In this document: one piece after another, positions 35,601 through 44,315 of the stretch
Layout of the letters: each line of letters opens with the position of its first letter
Position numbering within the stretch: the first letter of the stretch is position 1
Assembly: GCA_001643675.2 (NCBI GenBank)
Contig: LSRY02000021.1
Span: 248,001-312,000 of the forward strand
Source of the DNA: Monocercomonoides exilis PA203
Lineage: Eukaryota; Protista; Preaxostyla
DNA: 64,000 bases
Reading direction: 5' to 3'
Program-made: the position numbers and the translations under genes
Notes under the pieces: generated by a model
What the model was told of the DNA's origin: nothing
Database searches by the model: none
What the model saw: the letters and a program-made list of their open reading frames with translations, nothing else

Positions 35601-38600
35601 CATCTTGCGAGTTCTTTCTTCTTGTGAATTGAGGGGAGCAATAGAGAGGGAAAACGAACCGATTACAATTGAAGGGAAAGAAGAGGACGGGAGTCGGGTG
35701 ATTGTGGGGAAAGAGGGGCATTTGAAGATGGCAGTTGGAACCATGTTCACAACACTGACGATTTCGAAGATTGGATTTGAGCTACCGCGAATATCAGATT
35801 TCAGCGAGCTTGTGGAAGTTGGTGTGGGCACAACATATTTTGTGGAGTGCACACTTGGGAGCACCGATCTGGAAGCATGTGCGGAGACAAGCATGCGGAT
35901 AATAACAGGGAGAGGAGGAAGGATCTCGTTGGATGGAGTGAACATAAAGAACATGGCATTTAATGTTGATTGCGGAATCTTTCTGAGTGGCGAAGTTGTG
36001 TGCACTTTTGATAATGTCGAAGTGAGCAACATCCGATCAAGCGGAAAAGGAATGGTTGTTGGAGAAGGCAGGACTGAGATTTTTCTGAATGAATTGAGAA
36101 GCACAAATTGTTCATTTGAGAACGGCGGATTTGTTGTGCTGAAGAAAGTGAAGGCCCTGAACTGGAAGAATGGGACGAGCATAACAGACAGCAGGAACGA
36201 AGGAGGGAACGGTGGGTGTGGATTTATTTCAGTGGAGGGAGAATGCGATGCTCAGATCAACGGGACAAGCATCTGCTCGTGCTCTGCAAACGAGGATCAT
36301 GGACGAGGAGGCGGGTTGTATTTGGACATTTCAGAGAATCCCCTGCTGAACATCAAACTGTCAGAAATAACATTTGCAGACAATTGCGCCTTCGAAGGGA
36401 AAGACATGTTTGTTGCAAGCACAGATGTGAATGCATCTGTTGTGAGACAAAGGTTTGCATTTCAGCTGCAGAACGAGAGAAACGAAAGCACTGTTGATTT
36501 GAAAGGCACAGATGATGCTTTGTTGGGCGAATCTGTTGTTGATCTTCTGCTATTCTTGATCCAAAGGAAGGAGAGTTCGATTGTTGTTTCAAAGAGCGGA
36601 ATGGACATTTTGGGGTGTGGAAGCGAGGAATTCCCTTGCCAGACATTTTGGAGAGGATATGAAAACATCGATTTGGAAGCACAAAATCAAATGATACAAA
36701 TTGATACAGGAGTAAATATCAAAAACCATTTCGATCTCTCATCGTTCAAAGTTGTGCCGAGTGAGGCAGATGAGAAGTGTGTGGTGCTGTTCGAGAATGC
36801 CCTGGAAGGAGGTGAAGAGAAATCAGTTATTCAGAACTCGAAAGAATTGAAGTTTGAATTGATTCAGTTTTCGCTTCCTTCTTCTTTCTCAAACAACGAA
36901 GGCGTTCTTCTTTTGTCTGAATCATTGTATTCTTGTCTTTCGCTCAATGGATGCACATTCAAGTGCAGCAGTGCGTCAGACTTGAAGTTTTGTCTTATTC
37001 ATTCTGAAGAAGGCGATGTTCAATTGCTGAATTGTGATTTAACTTCACTATCTTTTTCATCAACTCCTGTTCAGCTGAATTCTTATTGTGAAATAACCAG
37101 ATGCAATTTCTCATCGATATCTGCAAAGTCGAGTCAGAATGGAGGAGCGGTTTGTGTGGAGCTGTTGAATGAAGCGACATTTTCGATGAGCCAAACAGAA
37201 ACAGTTGGGTGCAGCTGCTCTGAAGAACAAGGGAAAGGAGGGTTTGTGTTTGTTGAGTGCCAGGGCGCTTCGGCTGACAATCCTTTTGTTTTTGGAGAGA
37301 ATGTTTCTTTTTCTGGACACAAGGCGCAGAGAGGGAAAAACATATTCATCTCGGCAGGCGATCTGAACACAACTGTGACGCTTTCAACATTCTGCTTTGA
37401 CTTCAGGAAAAGCAGAGAAGATGAACTGTTGTTTTGTGGGAGGGACTTGGTCTGGGAAGGCACCACCCTTCTCCGTTTCTTGGAGACTTTCACAAGCCAA
37501 ACAATATTTGTGGGATCTGGTGGATACGACGTGATGAGATGTGGAAGCAAAGAGGATCCGTGCAGGAGCATGTGGAAAGGGATGAGGCAGATAGACGAAG
37601 GTGCTCCGCAGAAGTGGATTAAAATAGCCGATGAGACGACTGTTCAGGATTCGTTCGTGCTCTCAAACTTTGCAATCGAATGCGATGAGACAGAGGAGCA
37701 AAGTCGAGGAAAGCTGATATTTTCGAGCCAGACAGCAGACAGGAGCGATGCAGGAATAAGCAGCGAGGGGACTGTGCAACTGAACAGGATTTCAGTTGTG
37801 ATGTCGGAAGGCTTTTACAACGAACGACTGTTTTGTATTGTTGGAAAAAGTGGGCAGATTGGGATGAGCGATTGCTCGCTTGCTGCCGAGACACGCGAAT
37901 CTGTTCCAGCGAAAGTTGGCTTTTTGATGATGGAAAGTGGAGTGTTGAATGCTACGAAGCTGACGGTTGAGAATGTGATATCAGAAATTTGTGTGCTTGC
38001 GATAAATAGCAGATGCGATTGTGTGCTTCAACAAGTCATGGCTTCCAAATGCACATTTTCTGGTGAAAGTTTTGCTAAAATAGTTTCAAGTGGAAATGAA
38101 AAGGAGAATGAAGTTGAAAGTTCAGTTTCAATCAAAGACTCAACATTCCAGTTGATCACCAGGAATGACAACGGGCCTGCGATTTTCAGTTCTTCAGGCT
38201 GCGCTGCGGTGCTATCACTCAGCGGATGCACATTCGATTCATGCAAGGCGGTTTGCTCAGAGAAGGGTGGAGGTGTTTTTGAGGAGCTTGAGAGTGAAGG
38301 AGCTCTTGCAATGATCAAATCATCAGTGATTCAGTGTGGATGCGACAACGACAACGGAAAAGGAGGAGGGATTTATATATGTTCCAGTTCTGGAGGCGCA
38401 CTATCATTTCTGTTTGAGAAGATGGCATTCAAAGGAAACAATGCGAAAGTGGGGAATGACATTTTTGTGGAGTGTATTGACATTGAGAGTCAGATCAACG
38501 AAACGCAGTTCCGATTTGACTTGAGAGAAACAGCATACATGCGGTTGAATGCTATTTACGGAATCGATACCACAAACCACAAAAGTGACACGAATCTGAT

Positions 38601-41574
38601 GGACTTCATCACTATCCACCAAGCAGACACGATTATTCTGTCATCAGATCCGTCGAAGAATGGGAAGAACGAGAGGCAGTGCGAAACGCTGAAGCTTCCG
38701 TGCCTGACAATGGACTATGGACTGGAACACTTGACGAGCGATGTGGAAAGCAGGCTTCTTGTGGATGTGGAGACGCTTGTCGAAAAGGAGATGGATCTGG
38801 AGGATTTGTCAATGGCTTCAAGGAAGGACGATGCTTCGAAAGTCACGATATTTCGTGATATTCCGCAAACAAGAGCATGCGTGATATCGATGGTTGGAAG
38901 TGTTTCTATTTTGAAGATTGAATTTTCTTTTGAGGTTGGATTTTCGTCTGCACATCGCAGTTTGTTTTCGATTGAATCAGGAAACATGAGCTTTCAGTTG
39001 TGCAGCTTCACACAACTACAAGAAGAAGGAAATAATCAAGCTGTTGGACTGACACTTATCTCTGTTGAAAACGGAGATGTGGGAATTGAGAAGACAAGCA
39101 TTCGCGGAATTAGTCTTTCTGGTGAATCAGCGATTCGAATTACGCATTCAGAAGGGAGAGTGGCATTGTCTGAGATAGAAGTGAGAAACGTTGAACTGAG
39201 CAAAGGTGTATTCATTCTTATTGAAGGAAAAGCATCTTTGGCCAAACAAGCAAGAAATGGAGAAGAGAGATTAGTTGATATGAAATCAGTTGAATTTGGA
39301 AATGTTTCATCTGGAAATGCAGAGAAAGGGGTTTTTGGATGCTCGCTGTTTGAGGGAGAAATTTATTTGGCAAATTGCTCGTTCTGGAAGACAAGCTCGA
39401 GAGCAGAAAGAGGAAGAGTGATGAGTGTTGAGAGATGCAGCAATGTGACGCTGGAATGGAATAAATTGCAAGGGGAGACAGGACATACAAAAAAAGAAAA
39501 AAGCAGCAAAACAAAGGAATTATGCAATTGGAACGGATCGCTGATTGACATGCAGAAGAGCAGAGTTGTAATGAAGGAAACAACGATTGCGAACAGCTCG
39601 GAGGGAGGAGCAAGTATTGAAGGGGGAAGCGTTGTGATTGAGAAAGGCGAGTTTGCAAATAACAACCCAGTGATAACAGGATATGAGTCGGCGCGAAGGA
39701 ATATGCTGTGCCAAGGGATGGGGAAAATGGATTTCATGAGCGTGAAAGGAGGGGATGGACAGGAAAAGAATGGTTCGTTGTGGATCCTTAACAAAGGGTG
39801 CACGCTCAGCGGGATAGCGGAAGAAAGAAGATCACCTTTGTTTATCCCTTCATTGGAAAGTGTGATTACGGAAGATGAAGGAACAGAATTGAAAGTGCTA
39901 TTCAAAGGACAACTTCTTTTACCATGCAACCTGTCATTTCGTGTAGTGAGAAGCGTGAGGAGTGAGGTGTTTGTGGAACGTTACGAGTTTGAAGCAGATG
40001 GAACGCTAACTGAAAAGGAAGTGGTAGGAAAGATACCATCGAAGAAGATCGAGGAGGCGGAAGAGGAAGCAGAAGTGTCAGTTTTTGTGTTGTTTGGAGA
40101 TGCAGATACACCATCAGTGACTGAAGGATTTGTGCTGAAGAACAAGAGCAAGACTCAGACAAGCGGAGATGAAAGGATTGCTGAAAGAGGAAAAGAAGGG
40201 AAATCATCATGGGCATTGATTGTTATCATTATGGCTATTGTTCTATTGATTGTTCTGATTGCTTCAATTGTTCTAGCTGTTCGATGGAGAAAGGCAAAGA
40301 ATGAAGCAGAAGATCTGAGAGAGATAGTGAATGATAACATCAAAAAGGATCCGAAGGCATTTGAAATGATAACAGTGGAGATGTCACCGGAGGAGCAATG
40401 GCGAAGGGCAGAGAGGGAAGCTGAGAAGAAGAATGAAGAGAGGATAAAGAAGAGAATATATGATACGAATATGCAACATTCTGAATCATCAGAGCATCTT
40501 CTATCTGAGAGTGGCTCAACAGAATATATTTTGGGGAGAGATTCAGACAAGATCCCAGAATGGATGCTGGAGAATGTTGATGTGAAAGAAGAAAATATTT
40601 CGAGAAAGAGAACACCATCTCCATCGGTCTCATCCATTTCATCCACATCCACAACTGATTCAGAATCCACTTTTGTTCGCATGGAAGATGCTTGTCCGAC
40701 CACCTCGTCGATGTCGAATCTGGTGGATGCCATGGCGTGTTCATCACCACACGAGAAGCTGATCGTGGACTTGAGGGATTCACTGTTCATGCTGCTGCAT
40801 GGAAGGAACGAGAAGAAGGAGATGGCGATTGGCACTCTGCAGGAGAGGGAGCAAACAGCTGCTCAGATCCTGTTCTGGGTAGCAAATGGAGCTCTTCACT
40901 CATTTGACGAGATGGAAAATCCCCTTCAGTCATTATCCAATTTGAGTCCCCACCTTGTGCTGTTCTCAGAACACATGGTCATCTGCATTGTAATGCATTC
41001 TGACTTATTGTCCGATGATGACTCAGATTCATCCTCTATCTCTTCGTCAACTGTTGTGACTTCTGCCAGCGATGATGATGATGATGAAGACTCTCTGCCC
41101 TCGTCTGCCTTTGAGGATGAAGATGACTTCAAAAAAGAGTGCCTGAGATGGAAGGCACCTGAGCTGCTGATCAACAAAAAGATGGGAGCAACAAAGGAAT
41201 CGGTGACATTCTCGATCGGGATGATGCTGTGGGAGTGCCTGACTCTTCAAATTCCGTTTGGTGATTATGAAGCTGTAACAGCAGGGGATAAGATTACAAA
41301 AGGAGAAAGGCCGAACTGCCAAATGCTCAGAGGACAGAAGTGTTATGAAATGGTTCGGAAGTGTTGGTCGGCCGATGTGTCAGAAAGGATGAGCCTGATG
41401 GAGATGAAGAAGGAATTTATCCAATTATTTCCAAGTGGATCGGCAATGCTGACTATGTCTGATGCAATTGGTATTATAGAGGCATGCGCAGGAAATGAGG
41501 AGGGATCACAAGCATGCTCATACACAATTGACAGCAATGGGGCAATTCGGTTGATTCAAAAGTGCGTACCATAA
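29602..41574 (+). CDS. Giant (~3,990 aa) single-pass surface protein: repeated beta-helix-like ectodomain, TM helix, degenerate kinase-like C-terminus
   Basis: Intronless ORF with a likely signal peptide from Met at 29602. Eight D-x2-3-C(G)-x4-PC-type units with GxGG motifs; TM WALIVIIMAIVLLIVLIASIVLAV-RWRK at about 40210-40290; kinase C-lobe remnants RWKAPE, FSIGMMLWECLT..PF, GERP. Confidence 0.88.
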   Translation: MSTLTKLKFSNLFFFLVGILQFLECNNSHNLIRNERIGISSLFIHASIELNLFEKNQFMREKCSDRSQITHSEGININTVPCQTCVVSHLASFNSTISVFCIQFSCELEKAVVSLFGKSSFFVSNCILSSPKQFRNGLIHSYEANICICNLSLVQSHSSVFLPSLISFPPTNIVREHQSCIEIRDTSLSSFSLFNSNPLIQSSMNNIITIQSSSFQNISQQQPKSNIFVEHNASFTMSSCIVSTVSNPTEGCIVQKVSGGSLNLLNSTFERCSKTLGSKINHTTTEDTLVDNCLYENVRGVIITHNSTGSAIIKNTDFRNSTNCQCIWAISYQFLKSINNAFNSVRTTSYASCIHPCQGNGPLTIQNNNMTNCESKWGGGCFHIHTGFSNADLISDCTFSNCYTTETSTQCNGGGAVWNGEGAKVSYSNVAFENCCANATYGGAISFASRETAYTHYSSLFYCLFIECDAFGDGKDIYAANPWQNVLNESQFVLCCSNKHLEANRLVFAEKGDKSSWIGKLGNIYADVHGTDTLGCGWAKFPCLTIFNSVEIAVVASKGSPVFINIAAGSFVERALAIDSKCLSLKGSSNFGTKLSASTSNSKALFQISTGCATLFGLFIIRNSSASTFLSLFTISSASGELVLSSCKISSEPSQITPFATAFASISTGHLNMSKTTVESMIFSDVSALRIESSTLHCFTFENTTFRDIMRSEGSGSIFDVTLTSGDELNLNDLNFERCACNKGNGGSLNCILEAGGKVTIGSTKRIEMEECTVPQDMFNKGKGGGIHLKLTGSSSNFVIQETSFYGCAAWKGNNVFVDAISLSSSVTASTLKFVHTGMSDDDLMGFEDQCRTDPVPLLAYLQAFTGTVLVGGSKNRDFSGCGTANYPCGSIEYAATLRFPRSKRIVTLNQNFEWTESVVFDAFGWEVKSPTRGREIKVLSEGTSTSEGMVTVEIATSISNLSFSASSQLGQHSCFLLCRSEELAMTDCSLKCSSSGSAEFGFGFIKISGGSLLLNRFSTASQVTFCSASFITLDGSGGFSCSESNMSSIKRTSGNGGCILIAKNNLLASNRNREMAIDGCSFSDCCVREEGGEGGGVSAWLSENDILIVNGSACFEGCCTPSEEGCGGKGGGISIHCDDTSSSFRTMNAVKFSKVKGNEAEYGKDVFVGCESRVLLSQMINSSSFGFFDSSELPSDALALSGSENGSSFPIIPLHVYLCSLQSEIITGSDNGVDHTHCGFPSFACMSINYCIENRISSSLNNVKIVSGSTIKQEISISSTSVNIYSEALVPVSVKDTDGATQDGLVMCSSALFLVNLLLNVQRTFLATRKAFLFSSSSLSIGNCWLEYSSENVNEPVSFCVIYVNSGDLMVSGFKMEGDATYTFSPICAWNYNAITIENSNITGTRKINGDGGCLYIHEVNGEERSITLQRCKFSGSCDEWNGIRGGGIMGNVGSGNALCVKSTSFENCMAPSDGNENGGKGLGGGMYLFLNKNVKSLAFDNISFSGCNAWKGKQLFVDGEDLSQIVGDWLECFKTETILAEDMMGFERSTTNREFHIPLVLYFRAFVEPCFIGGAEGNGFDHTGCGFSDYPCGTLPYGGFVRFGDSKAHLRLTDHFCFADAIVLSSQEMDIEAEANGTLINVMPDGTGEGEGLVETNNVVSFSGITFNVSTTFAAAERKCLFLCSGSALSLVDCSVSAQSKKIGFGYVIVRGGNLHVLRGVLNEIELLGAPVVELSGVTSRCSLEDVEWNNLKTGSVEGLIAAKSSSHVEMKNSKVSGPTQFGNHGVFFVEEYSSATLEKSNFTLLTRNEGNGAVIEGRVGSGKGLSVNFCTFSSISCLASGSKGGSIITTVSANGELLFNNNTVEESKVKKADGLGGGMHIEFLSSEVGCSMKNNKFLSNDAMLGYDVYLVCPTPRMMIDRNKWAGSATEEQEEKTMWVIDPSFPEGSDTLLKYLFPRSDEIIYVNMLNGHADGCGADDYPCEELWYASGKMTEEKRILRVLSSCELRGAIERENEPITIEGKEEDGSRVIVGKEGHLKMAVGTMFTTLTISKIGFELPRISDFSELVEVGVGTTYFVECTLGSTDLEACAETSMRIITGRGGRISLDGVNIKNMAFNVDCGIFLSGEVVCTFDNVEVSNIRSSGKGMVVGEGRTEIFLNELRSTNCSFENGGFVVLKKVKALNWKNGTSITDSRNEGGNGGCGFISVEGECDAQINGTSICSCSANEDHGRGGGLYLDISENPLLNIKLSEITFADNCAFEGKDMFVASTDVNASVVRQRFAFQLQNERNESTVDLKGTDDALLGESVVDLLLFLIQRKESSIVVSKSGMDILGCGSEEFPCQTFWRGYENIDLEAQNQMIQIDTGVNIKNHFDLSSFKVVPSEADEKCVVLFENALEGGEEKSVIQNSKELKFELIQFSLPSSFSNNEGVLLLSESLYSCLSLNGCTFKCSSASDLKFCLIHSEEGDVQLLNCDLTSLSFSSTPVQLNSYCEITRCNFSSISAKSSQNGGAVCVELLNEATFSMSQTETVGCSCSEEQGKGGFVFVECQGASADNPFVFGENVSFSGHKAQRGKNIFISAGDLNTTVTLSTFCFDFRKSREDELLFCGRDLVWEGTTLLRFLETFTSQTIFVGSGGYDVMRCGSKEDPCRSMWKGMRQIDEGAPQKWIKIADETTVQDSFVLSNFAIECDETEEQSRGKLIFSSQTADRSDAGISSEGTVQLNRISVVMSEGFYNERLFCIVGKSGQIGMSDCSLAAETRESVPAKVGFLMMESGVLNATKLTVENVISEICVLAINSRCDCVLQQVMASKCTFSGESFAKIVSSGNEKENEVESSVSIKDSTFQLITRNDNGPAIFSSSGCAAVLSLSGCTFDSCKAVCSEKGGGVFEELESEGALAMIKSSVIQCGCDNDNGKGGGIYICSSSGGALSFLFEKMAFKGNNAKVGNDIFVECIDIESQINETQFRFDLRETAYMRLNAIYGIDTTNHKSDTNLMDFITIHQADTIILSSDPSKNGKNERQCETLKLPCLTMDYGLEHLTSDVESRLLVDVETLVEKEMDLEDLSMASRKDDASKVTIFRDIPQTRACVISMVGSVSILKIEFSFEVGFSSAHRSLFSIESGNMSFQLCSFTQLQEEGNNQAVGLTLISVENGDVGIEKTSIRGISLSGESAIRITHSEGRVALSEIEVRNVELSKGVFILIEGKASLAKQARNGEERLVDMKSVEFGNVSSGNAEKGVFGCSLFEGEIYLANCSFWKTSSRAERGRVMSVERCSNVTLEWNKLQGETGHTKKEKSSKTKELCNWNGSLIDMQKSRVVMKETTIANSSEGGASIEGGSVVIEKGEFANNNPVITGYESARRNMLCQGMGKMDFMSVKGGDGQEKNGSLWILNKGCTLSGIAEERRSPLFIPSLESVITEDEGTELKVLFKGQLLLPCNLSFRVVRSVRSEVFVERYEFEADGTLTEKEVVGKIPSKKIEEAEEEAEVSVFVLFGDADTPSVTEGFVLKNKSKTQTSGDERIAERGKEGKSSWALIVIIMAIVLLIVLIASIVLAVRWRKAKNEAEDLREIVNDNIKKDPKAFEMITVEMSPEEQWRRAEREAEKKNEERIKKRIYDTNMQHSESSEHLLSESGSTEYILGRDSDKIPEWMLENVDVKEENISRKRTPSPSVSSISSTSTTDSESTFVRMEDACPTTSSMSNLVDAMACSSPHEKLIVDLRDSLFMLLHGRNEKKEMAIGTLQEREQTAAQILFWVANGALHSFDEMENPLQSLSNLSPHLVLFSEHMVICIVMHSDLLSDDDSDSSSISSSTVVTSASDDDDDEDSLPSSAFEDEDDFKKECLRWKAPELLINKKMGATKESVTFSIGMMLWECLTLQIPFGDYEAVTAGDKITKGERPNCQMLRGQKCYEMVRKCWSADVSERMSLMEMKKEFIQLFPSGSAMLTMSDAIGIIEACAGNEEGSQACSYTIDSNGAIRLIQKCVP

Positions 41575-42378
41575 GAAATTGCTCAATGAATGTTATCATC
41601 GCTAGATTTGTTTCATATCAGTAAAAAGTTTATGTATTTTGTTTGCATGCGAATGCTTATATATGTAGAATACTTTTTATATTTTATTATTGTAATATTC
41701 TCTTCATCTAAAAAGAACATCTTTTATGTATTAACAAATATGTCTTTTACGTTTACATGTAGTTTTGCATTCGCTTATATTTTCACAGTGCGTATTATTC
41801 TAAAGATTATAGCTGTGATTTTTGGTGGTTTTAATCATCATCTTTATTGTTATAAAGTTTATATATTTTCATTGATTTCAATTTATCTTTACTAAAACAA
41901 AATGAAATAAAAAATTACAAGATTATCATATAACTTTTTATGTTTAGTGGGGAAGAATAATGAACAAGCACTTGGGAGCTTTCAAGAATTGATAAAAGAT
42001 TGCAAGCAACCAGGAACTTTTAAAACGAGAATGCACCAAAGTCTATAATAATTTGGAATGAAACTTTAGACATTTTTGGAAGCTATACTAAAAAAGATGA
42101 TCTGTGGTTTTGAATTTATTACAATAATTCATTTAATAAAAACATTTCTTTTTTTCTTTTTTCATTAATTGCGTTTCTTTCTTTTCTCAAATTAATCGAA
42201 GATTAGTTAATTTTTTCTAACAACAAAAAATAGTGCCACAACAACAACACATATCTATTCACTTCCATGTTGTTTTTTTGTGTGCAGACTTCAAAGATTT
42301 TTATTTTGCATTATTCAAATAGTTTTTACAACAAACAATTTTTTTAACCATAATTGCTTCAATTATATCTGAATTTTG

Positions 42379-43499
42379 ATGAAGCCAAAGAAGTTGAAAA
42401 ACCAAAAGCCCAATGAAAGTTCATCCAAGGAATTAAAAACTAACGATATATCTGCAGAGCAACAACAATTGGAAAATTCGAATTCGACGAACAAATTGCG
42501 TGAGTCTGCATCCTTGACAATTACAGAAAATTCAGATGCAATCAATGACAAAGACAGAAACGTGTTATCTCCTTCAAGTAGTGAACATAGTGCACAACAG
42601 AATTTTGAGCAAGCCTGCAAACTTACTATGGAAGCAACAGAGGAAGTTTGTTCTTATATTTATTTTAAAAAATAGAATTTATTTGTGATAAATAAAATCG
42701 AAATGATATATAAAAATTAATAAAGTTTAATAAAGTTAAGGAAGAATTAGAAAACGCAAAAGACGAGTCAGAACTTCAATTATTTGATTCCAAATCAAGG
42801 CACGATAGCAGAATGGAACGCCTTCAACTTTTGATTTCACAAAAAAACGAGTTTGATTATTTTTTTTTTAATATTTATTTTGAAAACTAAAATATTCAAT
42901 ATTTTTAGTCACCAACAAAACAAAGTCATTTCACCTTCAAAAAGTGTCTCAAACAAAAAGGTTTCAATAAGAGTTTATTTTCAATAATTGTGAACTTAAC
43001 TTTGGTTATCAATATAACACAGATGCATATTAATTCTCGAGAAGCACATGAAATGGAAAAAGATGATGAAGAGAAATTAACTGAGTTGCAATTAGCTCTT
43101 GGAAGAGCAACAATGCCATTCAATTCAATCTCCCAACTTTCATTAAACCTTGCGACTCAAATGAATGAAATGCTAAAAGAAGAATTAGAATTACTATCCG
43201 AGCAGCGCAAAGAATCGACTATTGCACAAAATTCAAATTCTTCTTCGTCTTCTTCTACTCTTTCTGATTCTGACAATAATTCACATCCCTCGAAAACAAC
43301 ATGTTGTTTTCGATTTTGGAAAGGATTTGGACGTTGCACGGATGGACTTAACATGCTGCTTGTTATTGTTCTCTGTGGACTGATTATTTGGTTTTCACTT
43401 TTTACGATTCTTTCACAAAAGGAAGTGAATAGCTTCGATAGACCATCCAATCATGCAAAGTTTATACTGGATCCATATCGAAACTTAATGCCCTCATAA
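42379..43499 (+). CDS. Hypothetical coiled-coil protein with a C-proximal transmembrane helix (multi-exon)
   Basis: Coding-like ORFs separated by AT-rich GT-AG introns; last exon carries LNMLLVIVLCGLIIWFSLFTIL. Confidence 0.6.
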
Positions 43500-44027
43500 G
43501 TCTTAATGCTTTTTTACAACCAAAAATTTCCTTTTTTTCAAGTGCATTTCTTTTCCTTTTCCTTTTCCTTTTTCTTTTTCTTTTCAAGCGATGGATAAAT
43601 ACCGTTCACTTCACGTTTTATTGCGCTCATGTTTCAACTGTTCATTATTTGTTATATTAGAGAAGCAAATAGTTCGTCAATGCACCATCACATCCTCGTT
43701 CATATAGAAAAAAATATAGACATTTACACTTCACAACACAAAAAGCAACTTCAGTTACATTTCTCCAATGCCAAAAAAGGAAAGTTTAAGAAAATAATTG
43801 ACTTAACTTTTGCTTGAAAAAGATATTACTTTTTTACGATAAATTAAACACAAACAAAAATAGCAGTGCTTATTAAAAAAGTCTCAATTGAAGATTAACA
43901 ACAGTTATTTTTATGCGAAATGTAAACTTTAACAATAATAAAACATTATTCCATACATGAACACAAAGAAATACATGGATACAAATCAAAAATTCTAATA
44001 AATTATTGTAATAACACTTTCAATTCA

Positions 44028-44283
44028 TTAAGCAATTCGCTTTCCTTTCACCAAAAGATTAAGCGGATTTTGATTAAATGCAACTTGCTCTTTGCGTTCC
44101 CTGTAAATTAGACGCCAATTTCCTGTGTTGAGATGCTCTGTTTCAGAAAGAATAGCAGAAGGAGAATAGAATGAAGAAATGCGCTTTGACGAGTCGTCAG
44201 ATTCAAGTGGCTTATCGCACTCGCCTTCTTCAGCAGAAGAAAGCGGCGCAGCCGGGTGTTGTGCGGACGAAGATAATGAGTGA

Positions 44284-44315
<32 letters not shown>

